A stretch of 62,793 nucleotides of DNA, the filler included. It is 10 parts of 10 records of this genome, joined end to end, with 100 filler letters (N's around TTAATTAATTAA, not from the genome) between each part and the next. Parts side by side here need not be neighbours in the genome. Positions count along the whole stretch, not along the records: positions 59,012 to 62,793 come from SRR11831585_523; 9 more parts are not named here. One strand, given 5' to 3'. Shown in pieces: positions 62,773 through 62,793 of this stretch. A model generated the notes under the pieces. That model was not told the origin of the DNA. It made no database searches and saw nothing but the letters and a program-made list of their open reading frames with translations. A program made the position numbers and the translations under genes. Within the stretch, counting starts at the first letter, position 1, and the number at the start of each line of letters is the position of its first letter.

Positions 62773-62793
62773 TTTGGCAACCTGATTTTAATT

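Overview
This window is not one locus. It is ten unrelated contigs joined by nine identical 100-bp artificial linkers (N44-TTAATTAATTAA-N44). Seven contigs are ordinary Escherichia coli K-12-like chromosome: ydhK-slyA-anmK-pdxH; fhuE-ptsG-holB-tmk-fab; nag-glnS; IS150-hokA-cspA...eptB-proK; thiI-panE-cyo; ybiW-ybiV-ybiU; metG-mrp-yehE. Three contigs are not E. coli and look eukaryotic. (i) 17771-20225 is a near-complete two-gene PIF/Harbinger-superfamily (PHIS)-like DNA transposon with convergent ORFs, inverted subterminal motifs and an unusually short D-to-E catalytic spacing. (ii) 28791-30910 holds the spliced 3' end of a bacterial/mitochondrial-type IleRS gene followed by the 5' part of an NAD(P)-binding SDR/epimerase gene. 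(iii) 50254-53958 is an 11-exon fragment of a large extracellular protein built from repeated CUB + PPC-like modules with intron positions conserved between repeats. All 13 reconstructed introns have a pyrimidine at donor +4 (GTAYGT-like). The simplest reading is a bin of unplaced contigs from a bacterivorous protist assembly contaminated with its E. coli food or cloning host (inference). I see no novel prokaryotic system in the E. coli parts. The best candidates for something undescribed are the transposon, the CUB/PPC repeat protein and the splice-donor signature.
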